Assembly (NCBI RefSeq): GCF_000497125.1
Contig: NC_090602.1
Coordinates: 496,001-560,000 of the forward strand
Reading direction: 5' to 3'
Length of the DNA: 64,000 nt
DNA from: Spironucleus salmonicida
Lineage: Eukaryota
A model generated the notes under the pieces. That model saw only the letters and a list, made by a program, of their open reading frames with translations. It was not told the origin of the DNA and did no database searches. Position 1 is the stretch's first letter, and every line of letters begins with the position of its first letter. Shown piece after piece: positions 1-12,900 of the stretch. A program made the position numbers and the translations under genes.

Positions 1-2
1 TA

Positions 3-3000
3 TAACCTGTAGCTGTACTTCATATTCAAAATTTATCATACTATTAGTTTAGGTTCCCGTTAAAAGATATATTTGTTTTAGTCGAGGATGCTGAAAAAAT
101 ATAATAAAAAAGAACTATATAAGAACCAAAATTTAATATAGCATTGTAACATTTAATTAAACAGTTTGATTAAGATTTGATGACACTATGGTCTAATAGT
201 ATTAGTTTAGAATCAGCAATATATTATTTGATTAAATATTTTAGAAAACAAGTTATAGTTTTTACATAATAAAATTATTATAGATTGGCATAGACATTAT
301 TTAATTTAGGGATTACTTCAGCTTATAATATGGATTATGATGCTTAAGTTATTATTTAATAAGATTTTACTTATAGTATAAAAGTTAATATTCTTAAATA
401 TTGATATCTAGTTTAGATAAATAATACAATGGAACAGTCCAATGCTAGAAATTGGTTATCACTGAAAATTCAATCTTAACATCGTTTTAATCTCAATTCT
501 TAGGGATAAGTTCATAACTAGAAAACTATCATTTAGAAAACATTCTATAAACTTAATAACAGACGGTCAGCAATAAAAATATTGGATCATCATCTAGGAT
601 TTTGTATAGTAACCTATCTTTGATATAGTAAATTGAATCTAAAGAAATATTTTAATTACATCCTTTATCTTAGAAATTATTTAGTGAAGTAAGAAGCAAA
701 AATGATACCTTTACTAATTCATAGTTTATAGGATATAATACAAATCTATGCCATTAATTTTTAAAGGTTTAACAAACGTTAGAAGAAACTTCAGGCAAAA
801 AAGATTTATTGGATAAACTTCGCATTGGATTATCACATATTAAAATATTTAATTATATTGTTATAGTACCAAATTATTGTTATGATATAGTTTTATCTTA
901 TTATTAGCAGCAAAATATAAGTATTAACTTAGATTTAGAAAATTAGCAACACTCTACTACTATTTTAACTGATTCTTAACTAATATCTTATTTAAAGGTA
1001 ACGTAAATGAAAGGGGCGTTTATCAATCCAACTTATTTAGCTAAATTTGTAATATTTCCATTTATTTCGACAAGACTTACTGAAATATATGTGGAACAGC
1101 TATATTAGTTACATGACATTAGTATTCCGTTTATATATATTTTAATTACACTTTTAAGTATTGAAGAATAGCTATTAGTTTTTAAATAACAACAATCTAT
1201 TTAGGTATATGAAGAATTTGAAATATTTAGCTAGAGCATATAAAATTTTAACCTTGAATTTAATAATCCATTTGAACTATCTAATTAGGTAAATAGTCTT
1301 ATTTAACAGCATGGGTTTGATCTTAAGTAAAATATTACTACAACATTAACAACAGAGTAATTAAATAATGCTAAAGAGGATTAATATCTTACAAATAAAG
1401 AAGTTAATAATAATATGAATCATTCTATTCCATATGAACTAATTTTATAAAGTTCATATCATGATATTTCGCTGATAAATAAAAAGTTTAATACTCATCG
1501 TATATCTAAAGTATATTTTCCCAATCATCATTTAGATTAACATATTTTCTAGCATAGCGGTTTATCCTATTTAAATTTAGTAAAATCTGAACAATTATAA
1601 TTGTAGGATTGCTATAATATGATATATGGCCAAAACTTATAAATATCATGTGAGGATTCCTTTTATGCTAGTAATTTAATTCAATAATAAAATAGCAGTT
1701 ATTAAGATTATTATAAAAAGATTTTTGCAATTTAAGAAGAATCAACATTTTCTTTAGATCTTTTATAGACATTTTTAGATTCTAACTATGCAATAAATCC
1801 ATTAAATATTCAGTCCTATGATACACTTGAAAGCAGTAATAACATAAAGCATTATGCATATATGCCTTCATATATATTGTATCCTCATAACTATGAAATT
1901 ATAAAGGTATATCATAATAATTTATTGGCATCAACGTAGTAGGACTAAAGTACTTTATGTCTTGGTGAATTATTTGATTAAGAAGAAAAAAAATTACCAA
2001 GAATTAACTTTCTTTAAAATAAATAGATATCTATTGTCTCATATTAAGGTGGTACCATTCATAATAATGTGCTAATTAGAGGAATGTCTAAACACCTTAA
2101 TTAGAATCTTTAAAATACACTATTACACCATATTTAAAATTCTTCTTTAAACAACGAAGATTAAATTAAAAGATTATAAATCGCATTAGGGTTATTAGAT
2201 AATACAAGACTGTTTTCGTATGCAGGGGTTTATTAGGGCTTCGATTAAAATATTATGAAAACACCATAATTTATTATCAATTACCTATTATTGGATAACA
2301 TAAATAGTACATAATAAATCCAGCATATTCCATTAGAATAGTTGCTTAAATATTGTGCATCATATGAATTATTTATTTATATGTAAGTATTTAGACAAAA
2401 TGTTACTAATAATTTATAATTTTCTTAAGTAAATAATAGGTTTTATTCTGCCCAAATTGATTTTATAATAACAAACATACAATCATTATAAGATTTTTCA
2501 GATAGCGCATAGTTTTCTATGATGTTTTTTGAAAAGGTATAATTATAATCGTTATCAGATAGATTTTTACCTAATAGATTTATTAGTTTCTTTGAATTAA
2601 TGATTACATATTATTTTGAGAACAATCCTTCATAAGCTTAGAAATGTAAAAATTTAATTTCAACTCCATTGTTTTATACCAAAATGATTGCTTCTGATAA
2701 TCATCTATTGTTTTTGTTGCTTTGTAATAATAAATTCGTAAAATCTAGCTAAATTTTATAATAAGTATTAATTAAATAGTAATCATTAATAAGTAAAGAT
2801 GTAAAAATTTTATAAATAACTTAATTTAATCATTTTTTCTTATCCCTTCTTAGAACAATATCAATAAATAGTAAAGCAGAACTACTAGAGTAAGATCAAA
2901 TAATCATTAGTAAAGAATGTATTTCTAAAATTTAAAATGAAATATTTTTTGATCATAAATTTATGTTACCAGGTCCAAAATTTTTAGATTTAGATTAAAA

Positions 3001-5890
3001 AATATTCAATAGTTAGCTTTTGTATAAATAAATTTCAATTAAAAAAGATAGTTCTTTTCAAAAACCATCTAGTCCAGTTAAACCAATAAAAATTGAATTA
3101 AAATAGCAGCATTTATAAATTTCACTACCCTCCCTTCCATTTAATCCTTAGAATATCGCAATAAAATAAGAAGAACTTTAAAAATTATCACCATAGGTTG
3201 AAACTCTAAAAATATAAACTCATAAATTAGTTGTATAAGAGAATATGAACCAAGTTTTATTCTTCGATTAGATTTTGTTAAAAGCAGATAGAAATTAAGT
3301 ATAACATGCAATTAGACGTATAATTTCACATTATTCTTGTAGAAGTTATTACTTTAAGAAAAACTTATTATATGTTCCTAATGTTAGAATTATTTCAGCT
3401 GAAGATGCCATTTCCCATTAAATAGGTTTTAAAGTCAATGACTACGATCCCAAAAACTCATCTTAATAAAATTTTGATATTTTGTTATAAATTTTGACTA
3501 ATGATTTTTAACTTCAGAATAAGAATAAAACACCTAATATTCATAAATTTTGTACTGTATTTAACGAAGAGATTAAGAAAAAGCTAGATGCAGTTTGTTT
3601 CTTGCCATAACTAAATTTAGAATTTTATAAAAATTTTAATGTGTTTTCTTAATGGATAATTAAACGTACATTATAGGCCGAGTGTGATCTCAACAGAGGA
3701 CTGATGGTAGTATTTGATCAAGATCCAGTCATGGGGATAAATCTTAATTAAAAATAAGAATGGAATTAGCTTAGTAACAAATATAAATTTTCTATTTTCA
3801 CAGATTCCATTTATAGTTTGTCAGATAGTAAAGCACTATAATTATATAATTAATTAAAATCAGAATGCGACTAATATGATAAAGAGTATAGAGATAGGCA
3901 ACTATTAATGCTAATTAAAATTGGAATAGGTACCGGTTCAACACCGCTAGAAACATATTACCGATTTATTTAAAAAGATGATCCATATAAAGTTTCAAAA
4001 TCTTTAACGAGTTTTGTCAACTTACTTACTCTTTGCTTTGAAAAAAAACTGGAATTTCCTTATAAAGTTCCATCTGTCACTGCTAACATGGAGGAATTTT
4101 AACAATCATTATATAGATTAGAACATATGAGATTCCTGCATATAAAATTATAATAGTTTGATTTCCTTCAATGGCTATCTAGGCTATCCGAATTAAAAGC
4201 TAGTTCTATCACAATTTAAGAGAAAGAACACATATAAATTATTATATAAAGATAAATGTGCAACAATATTACTAAACTTTATCCAGATTATGCTGAAAAC
4301 TTAACAGTAGAGGAAGAGAAATCGGTTAAATTAATTGGTGATTAAGCAAGTTTAATTGATGCTTCAAATTAAGTTTTGTGGAAAGTTGATATCAAATTTA
4401 ATGAATTTTTACCAGAAAATGATCCAAAATATAATATGCTTAGACATTTTAAGTTAGAATTCTTTGCTATTAATGATTATGAATAATCATACGTTAGGAA
4501 AGCATGGGAAATTACTTTATAATATAAATTACTTTTTATTGCTTTATTTGGCACAAGTCGCCAAGATATTGAAAGATTAATAAATTAATAGAATGGAATT
4601 TTACCACTAGACCAACAAATGATTGAGCATGTTTTTAAATAAATTCAATCCTTATGGAGCAGACTGCATGATTTTATATTAATGCACATAATTACCGATA
4701 TGGGTTATACTGAAGCTATGATGCAGTCGATAGTCGGAAAAGATACCAGGCAGAAATCTAAGCACGTCGAATTTTTACGCTAGGGCTTTTTTGTAGACGA
4801 AGAATCGTTTAATATCACTTAGACTCCTTTATACTATATTTTCGTAGAAGTCAAAAATGCTATTCCAGACACCAGCTAACAACCTATAATTCTTAATACG
4901 GCAACGCTTAATGAGTATCTTAGCATAAAATAACACTTAGTATAACCAACCATTCAGCAAATTATTAAAGCAATAACTATTCTAAGATCCAAAAATCCAG
5001 ATGAAATTTTTGTACCAATTTCTGTCTCTAAAGAACTCTTAACTCGCAGAGTTGAACATATTGCTCACGCATTACGCTGTGAGCGAATTCTTGCATGCGA
5101 TCCGCTTCAAAAATATCTCCAAGATAAAGCAGTATCATTAGCACCAATTTATCCTCAAATGAAACCATTTATCGAACCAAAGATTCTACCTGTATAGCCA
5201 GTAATTAAAATTGAAGCGGAACCGCTTTAAAAGTCGATGAAAATCAAAAAAATTCCCGCCTTATAAATACCTAATGTATCCTAAATTTTGACTCAGAAGG
5301 TCCCAAATATCTAGTTTCTAGCCCCTCAAAATGAGTCTATTCATCCCTCTAAGCTCGCAGCGCGCGTTATCAAAAACACGAAGCTGTAATTTTATTTGCA
5401 GCCTAAAACAGAGATTTTAGAATTTGTTGGGGATCTAATTAATAACAGCACACATATTCAAAATATAGACGTATTCCTCATTACTTAAATTCTACAGGAC
5501 CCAACAACAGAATGGGCTAGATTGTATACTTTTTTGATTAATTTCCAGCCCAAACCATCGAAATATACGGAAATTTACAAAAAAATTGCAGTGAAAACTG
5601 GAGAAACCGACAGCTACAGAATCGTAGCGAAGGGAAAGCAACACTTTGAGCTTGTGGAGAGCTTTATTTTGGATTAAATAGATGCTGCATATTCGGTGGC
5701 TTATGCAATGCGAAAAGCGATCATTGAGGGGGTCAAATGCGAAGAACTGAAGGGAAAGATTCATAATAATCTGAAAATTGCTGCAATTTGGGGTTAGGAA
5801 TTGGTCTTCTAGTGTCTAAAAGATAAAATGGAGTATTAGTAAAAATTGTGTTTGAGCCTTTATTTCATGCTGAGCGAGGAAGTGGAGTGA
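3..5890 (+). CDS. Large (>1900 aa, 5'-partial) divergent CHD-like protein, paralog A; one frameshift at ~341-404
   Basis: Table 6: frame 3 is open 3-401 (TGA at 402) and frame 2 is open from 341 to TGA 5888-5890 (GAGTGA; long ORF spot-checked). It shares conserved blocks with 9985-16530 (KRTLQAECDLNRG, IGIGTGSTPLET, RLEHMRFLHIKLQQFDFLQWL, WSRLHDFILMHIITDMGY, ELLTRRVE.IAHALRCERIL). Confidence 0.75.
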
Positions 5891-6249
5891 TTGATTGATT
5901 TTGTTAGATGAGTGGTGTCTTATTGCTTATACATGATAATTTTGACTTATAAAGTTGTAATTAATATTATATAAGTTATAAAATTTACTATTAAAATATT
6001 TGTATCTTCTTTGTGGTGTTAATTAAAGAGAATTAAATATAAAAATTAAGCTATAAATCACTTAAGAATTTGCATAATCTATCTTGTCAAATGTATATTT
6101 TTACAGTAAGAATCTTTTAATTTTAGCTTTTTTGTTTAGCTTTCTATGTTTCTTGTTGGGCTGTAAGCCCTGAATGGCAGATGTTCATCTGAGTACATTA
6201 TTAAATGAACCTTATCGACAAATGAAACTTATATAATAATTGATCATAT

Positions 6250-6924
6250 TCACTTAAAAATGTAGAATCCTTCATTACACTCTTTGCATGATACTTCGCT
6301 TTTATTATTCGGTTTATAATACACAATATCATTTTATACACCTAAATCATCAATTCTACAGCATCCCAGTACACAACAATCATTTTCAAGTTGTTTCGCC
6401 TGGAGCATAATTTTCCAAATTGCTTATGGTAATGGAGGCCAATTGCCTATGTAAACAATACTTTCAACTTTTTAGTCGCTATACATAGTTATTGATCTTC
6501 GTACATCACAGCAAATTAGAATTAATCTATTCTAAGCAATGAAGAAATGCTATCTTTCGGCAAAAAATTCTATTCTTTTGTATTTCTCATCATTAGAAAC
6601 CCTAAATGGGATGGATTTAATTTATAAAATGTTAGGGAATGCGTAGCTTCTAATCTCATATTATGATTTTTCAACAGTTACCAATCCACAAATTATAGAA
6701 GTCTGCAGTTATTTAGCAGAATTATGAAGAAATATACTTGTTTACCCATTCGGGACTTCTGCTAAATACGCAGGATCAATTTAATATCCTGTAAAAAATG
6801 TTTGAGGTATAATGAACATTTAACTATCTATTTTACAAAAATTTAACCTTTAGTGAATATATGCTTTTAGTTATACATTGCTACGCCATTCTGATGGTAG
6901 TAAAATAACACAAAAGTTATTCAT
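6250..6924 (-). CDS. Carbon-nitrogen hydrolase (nitrilase/YafV-like amidase) family protein, 224 aa, divergent
   Basis: Table 6 ORF ATG 6924 to AAG-TGA. Motifs FIIPQTFFTGY, LICCDVR, YIGNWP..IWKIMLQAKQLENDCCVLGCCR resemble nitrilase-family PEMFTTGF, ICYDLRF, ANWP..W..LL.ARAIENQ. Confidence 0.7.
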
Positions 6925-7621
6925 TTATTTTTACATTATATTATAGATTAGTTTATATATACTTTATATTTGATACATTAATTAAAAAATTAGTAAACTA
7001 AAAATATATAAGGAATTAAATATATGCTTTATTTAATATTAATAAATATGATATGATATAATGGTGCTGTATACATTTTTAGATTATTTTAAAATACCAT
7101 TTTCTATGAAATTTAATAGAAATAAATTGACCCTTAGAATTTACTATATATCAAGATAAAGAAATATCAAAGTGTAATTATTAATGCTTACAATAATTTA
7201 TACTCTAATATAGAATCTAATAAAGTTATCAATTGCTAGTTAAATTCATTACTCCAATTATTAAGCTAAATTTTAAGTTATCTTATACTTATCAACAATG
7301 ATCAAGTAGTATATAATAAACTGTAGCTGTAATTATCACACCACGTATTTATTTACCATAATAAAATATAACTAAAACGTTAGTAAACATATCAACTGCG
7401 TGTTTTATTAACATTATTTTAAAGATATATGAAAAAAATTTTAGTGAAAATTATTTAAACAGAATTTTACAATCATATATTTCTATGTATATAAAGTAGA
7501 TATGTTATTAAACTGATTCCTTGCTGAAAAGATAAATGGCATAAATTGGTAAAACTTATTATTAATAGTAAAATACATTACATGTAAATTTAAAAATATA
7601 TAATTGAACGATACTTTTCAC

Positions 7622-8809
7622 TCACTTATACTGCCGTAAACGCTCTTTAATAGACTCGACCATTTCATCATTGTCCTGAATTTGAATTTTCAATTCACTA
7701 ACTATTAATTTTTAAGCATCTGCTTCGATTTAAGCGCTCCATGGATGCATTGTCTTATCTAGGCGGCATTATAAAATATGCAACTTTTCAATTTCTTTTT
7801 AAAGACGATTTTTGTCATCTATCACAGTATTTTGTAAAATTTTCAAATCATTAATCTAACTCTAGACGAATTAGTCCTATAACGATTACTAAAGATTTAC
7901 TTAAACCTAAAAAGGTTGATACTACAAAGAATTAATTGTAAGTGCACTACGACGACTATGTTAAGATGGAAAATCTTAAAAAACTGAATCATCAACTTTT
8001 TAGTTTTAACTAATTCTCATTGAATTTAGTTTTTCATTCCTTCTATTTCGTTCTTCAGTTAAAAATTTATTTTTAGCCTAAAAAGCAACACTTTCAGCAC
8101 GTTCTTATAGTTATCCCTAAGAAATCTTTAATGCAGCTTTTAGGATGTTTTCGGTATAGTTTATTTTTGCGTTCTTCTCATAAAAATCTAAAGCCTCTAA
8201 AACCCTCAATTTATCGTTTTTAGCTGCTTAATAATGGTTTAAAAGCGAAATAAAAGAGGTTTATAGTAGTTTTAAATCTATATTTTGACGTATTTCATCG
8301 CATTTTTCATAGCATAAAACTCTATAATTAAAAAACTGAATGGCTGTTTTGAACGTGTTTTAGAGAACTGCAAAATTTCTTTTTTGCTAAAATTTGGTGA
8401 TTTGCTTTCCTCTAATTTTCTCACGAGCTATCTAAGTAAATTTAGCTAAAATAGCTTGCTTTTTTGCATTTTAAATACAAAATAATGCATTATTTGCTAT
8501 ATTATTTAAATCATCTATTTTTGATTTAGTTGTTAAAAGAGAACGTACAGCTTTGTGTAAAACATTTTGATCGTATATACATTTGGCTTCATTTTGGAGT
8601 TAATGAGCTGGCTATAACACGTTATTTTTCCACTATTTTATAAAGAATGTAAGAAGATATTTTGCGCGAAATTCACATGCTTTAAATGTATTTTCAACTC
8701 GCCTTGAGTTATGGTGTTATTTAAGTTTTGGATAATTTTTTAAATTTTAATAGTATCGCTTTTTGAGATTAATAAGGTAAAATTAGAGTACTTAATGTTG
8801 AGTTGGCAT
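7622..8809 (-). CDS. Helical protein, 395 aa, with an Sfi1-like repeat
   Basis: Table 6 ORF ending AAG-TGA. ACEFRAKYLLTFFIKQWK approximates the Sfi1 consensus A-x7-LL-x3-[FL]-x2-W[KR] (I at the F/L position). Confidence 0.6.
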
Positions 8810-8823
8810 TTTTGAAGAAATAT

Positions 8824-9468
8824 ATGTTTCATTATATTATAATGTTAATAGTTTATTTAAAAAATTAATTACTATACAAACAATAATTTTCATAAAATAG
8901 TCTTATTGATGTGAGGAACCAATGCTAGCTTTATAATAAGAATATTGTAAATAATTGTATAAAGAAGGGAGCAATCCTGAGCAGCTGCCAGCGCGTGAAC
9001 TCGCAGGACTGGGGCAAGCTGTACTCGTTCATGATCAAGGAGAAGCCGCAGGCGCTGGACCGCACGACGACCCGCATCCGGGAATCGTACCGGCTGCTGC
9101 GGGACTTCGCGCTGACGGAGCTGCAGGTGGACCGGGACCAGACGAGCGTGATCTTCAGCCGGCTAGACAAGTTCATCTACCACCAGACGGGCAACGAGGC
9201 GAAGCGGCCCGAGATGGACATGCTGGTGCGGGACTTCGTGGCGGGGCAGCTGGACCTGGCGTACTTCCACGCGTTCAACATGCGCGACATGATCATCCGC
9301 GGCGAGACGGAGGTGCAGAAGATGAAGGAGGACATCCACAGCGCGCTGAAGGCCATGCAGGTGATGAGCCACAACCCCCTGAACAAGCTCGTGCAGGGCG
9401 ACGACGTGCTGTACAAGCGGAAGATGGCCCTGGCCACCTACCTGTTCCTGTGCAACCAGTACGAGTGA
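8824..9468 (+). CDS. Stand-alone or 5'-truncated copy of the C-terminal domain of the CHD-like paralogs (start uncertain)
   Basis: LSSCQRVNSQDWGKLYSF...LAYFHAFNMR...KRKMALATYLFL aligns with paralog B LSSCQKQNAEDWGRLYSF...IAYFHAFGMR...KRKMALSTYFFL. It ends GAG-TGA and has very high GC3 from ~8970. Confidence 0.7.
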
Positions 9469-9491
9469 TGGTTTACTGAACATAAAGGAAC

Positions 9492-9869
9492 TCAGAGGAC
9501 GCGGTCCAGCGTCTGCTGCACGAGGTGGTACTTCCCGGGGTAGAACTTCGCGGTCTCGTCGTAGCTCTCCTGGAACGTGTCCACCACGAGGTCCACCAGC
9601 GAGTCGAACTGGCGCACGAAGCTGTAGATGCTCTTCGCCTGCTCGCAGAACAGCAGGTGGTGCGCGGGCACGTTGGGGAGCAGCGCCGCCATCTGCTGCC
9701 TCACGGCCTCCTGCTGCTCCGCGCCGTCCACCTTCGTAACCACGAGCAGCTTGTTGCACCTGTCCTGCACGGCCCTGAGCGTCTGGAAGGCCGCGGCGCA
9801 CGGGGTGAAGCTGGCGTCGAAGAGCGTGCCGTTGGCCACTACGATGACGAACTTCCTGGCGGTGTCCAT
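9492..9869 (-). CDS. Small HAD-like protein resembling the Pex22 soluble domain, 125 aa
   Basis: Complete high-GC3 ORF. HHLLFCEQAKSIYSFVRQF..L.VDT resembles the plant-type PEX22 motif VLFCST..GR.SFVRQLEP..HIDT. Confidence 0.65.
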   Translation of the reverse strand: MDTARKFVIVVANGTLFDASFTPCAAAFQTLRAVQDRCNKLLVVTKVDGAEQQEAVRQQMAALLPNVPAHHLLFCEQAKSIYSFVRQFDSLVDLVVDTFQESYDETAKFYPGKYHLVQQTLDRVL

Positions 9870-9984
9870 TTGCGTGGTTCGCAGAACTATCGGATACTAT
9901 ATACTATTTGCCCAGCGAGCCATCTGCCGCGCCAGGCCCCCTATTATATCCTGATGTGCGGACCCCCTCCACTCCGCTTCACGA

Positions 9985-12900
9985 ATGGACTCTCCATATC
10001 CCCAGTGCTCGCTGCTCCCCAGCGTACTCCCCACCGTGTTGCAGCAGAGGTTCCAGCCGCAGCACGAGTTCCTGGTCTTCGCCGACTCGCCCTGCTGGCC
10101 CTGCTGGGTCCCCGCGGGCCAGCTCCAGGCCCTGTTCCCCTCGCTCCTGGCGCAGTTTCTGGGCGCCCAGAAGACGAAGTTCGACGGCCAGCCAGTTTCG
10201 GTCCTCCAGCGTGGCGGCCAGCGGGTCGGGCACTTTAGGTTCTGGTCCGGTGACTGCTATGCGGCTCTGGACGCCGACTTCGAGCTGCGACCGCGCCAGG
10301 TCATCTCTGAAGCGGTACCGGACTCCCCAAAGTCAGCGGCCGAGGCGTGTGCCAAGATGGTCCTTATGCGGTAGTTCAACACAACCTGGACGTAGTTCAC
10401 CGAGCCAACGGCCATCGCAGCGCTCGCAATCCTGTACGGCTTCAAGGGCAAAGTGGGCATCCACGGCGTAAACTACTACAAGAATGCAGAGTTCCTCCTC
10501 AAATACGGCATAGCATCTTCGTAGGTTTTTGCCGACGGCTACCAGGTCACTTTCTACGGTGCACCAGACATTCCGGACGCCGTTGACGTGGTTATCACCA
10601 AAAAACCAGTCCAGACCGCGTGCTAGGTTAAGGTGCTCTGCCTGAGCTCAACCAATTTTAACAACGAAAATGTTGAGTTTCTTATAGGTAAATCTAGAAC
10701 AGCTCTTGCAGAATTTAGAAATTTAGAAATAGGCATTATTAATGGTTAATAGTCTCTTACTAATTTGATCCCAAAGATGATTAATAAATAGTCAACTAGT
10801 TATGAAAATTCATTAGCTTTTAAATATAAGATATAATTAAATGAAAGAGCGCGAATCAAAGCCTTTTTAGATAATGATCCATTAGTTCAAAGATACTTAA
10901 GTGCTTAACTTAACAGCTAGCAATATCTTACTATTTCAGCTCATATAGTAGCGAATATTTTAAAATTGCTCTGGCTATAGTCGGAAACAGAACTTTCTGG
11001 CCGATCATATTTAATAAAGTAAATTCTTAATTCGTTTTTTAAATTTTAAATAACTAATATATTATTTGTAGTACCAGATATAACGTATCAAGCTATTAAA
11101 AATTTTCTCACAAAAAATATTCCTTAAATTTAGTTGAATTTTACCTTTGAAAATATCAATATTAGTATACCCAAGTCAGTTATTTTATTATCAGAAACAT
11201 AATTATTAGCTTACTCATTATCAAATTAGAGAGTCAACAAGTAATTTTTACCATAGTTTGTTATATCCCCATTCGTATCTACAAGGGATACGTTTTTATT
11301 AATTAGTTAATTATATGCAATTAATGATGTTTATAGTCCAAAGTTTATATAAATTTATGCAGATAATACAGTAGAGTCCAATTATCTACGATACAAATTA
11401 TATTTTCCACATATAATTATGAAAGAATATTCATCTTTAAAATAGGTCTATGACGCCAATAAAATATAAACATTTGATAGCGCTATATAAATAATTAAAC
11501 TAAATGGATATAATGGTGATATGAGAAGTAATGGTTTTGATTGGACATCATTAGATGGAATTTAGCCTATGGAAAATGATATAGAAAATGATAAAATAAC
11601 AAAATTAATTATTAATTTTTATGCTTAAAATGAAGTTATATTATAAGCAAGTTGGGGTTAATTGCTTAACATTAATAAAAATCTAGGAGCTTCCATGCTA
11701 AATAAAATTATATAAGACACTGAGAGTTATAATATTGATATTTGTTAAAATGAGTTTTTAAATATTGATGTGTAAAGCAACCTACTATATACTATGGATG
11801 ATATACATAATACTGTCAAAGAATAACTTACCACGCCTGAAATCATATTTGAATAGTATAATAAGTTATTTTCTATATAAGGTACAGTTCCACCAAATAA
11901 GTTATTATAAAACTTCTTGTAAATTAGCAGAAATTTTAAACCTTCTGAAACATATGTTTAAGAATAAAAACGAGTTAAATCATCCAAAAATTATTTTATT
12001 ATTCCTCCAATAGCTCCTACATCAGACAATTATCAAATTTTAAATAAATTTACAAGAAACAATTATAATGATAAATAAGTTACATTATGTTCTAATTGTT
12101 CTGAAAAAGCAATATTTTATGGAAGAAATTGCGATGTTTGTGATGTGCATATGGATTAAATTTGTGAAGAAATCAATTTTCCATAAGGAAAAAACTAATG
12201 GAATTTAAGTAATTATTTTAATAAAACTGATACAATTTAATCAAACGCAGATTTTTTGGTGATAAAAAATGTTAACTTTGTAGGTCATGATGGAACAATG
12301 TTATAAAATTAATTAATAGTAAAAGGTAAAAAAATAGAATTTGATGATGCTACACTTGAGAAGGTATCTAATTTATTGAAAGGTCATGATTAAGAAACGT
12401 AAAGATAATTATTTTAAGCATTTATCTCACTTATTGATTCTAATAGGCCAGGTGTGCTTCCTGGGACTTGTGCTCAAATACAAGATAAAAGATAGTCTAT
12501 GTAAATTGCAGTAGATGTATTGATAGCAGATTTTCTTATTTAAAATGATGCTGTATTTTCATAAAATCTTATTTAGCAACTAGTGTAGTTGCCATTAAGT
12601 ATCATAGTTGAACATGCTATACCACTTGTATTATGCCCATATAGCGATAATATTGATCAATTAATAAGTAAATAAACTTATTTCTAAGGTAATTTAGTCA
12701 ATCAGTTGCTTATTATATTGGAAAACTCATAATCAGAAATTGCAAAATTCACAGCATCATATATATAATAGCATAAAATTAGTTCATATGAATAATTAAG
12801 CTCTGTAGAATCTATGGAAAAGTTTTACGAAAATCTACTACAATTTTATTTTAGACAAGCACATTATAATTTTGAACCAAGCAATAACCTAATTAATTTT

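Noticed and set aside
8931-10586. Many overlapping ORFs in the supplied track (e.g. 8955-9479, 9163-9801, 9525-10238, 9908-10471)
   Set aside because: Shadow frames of high-GC3 genes; no motifs.
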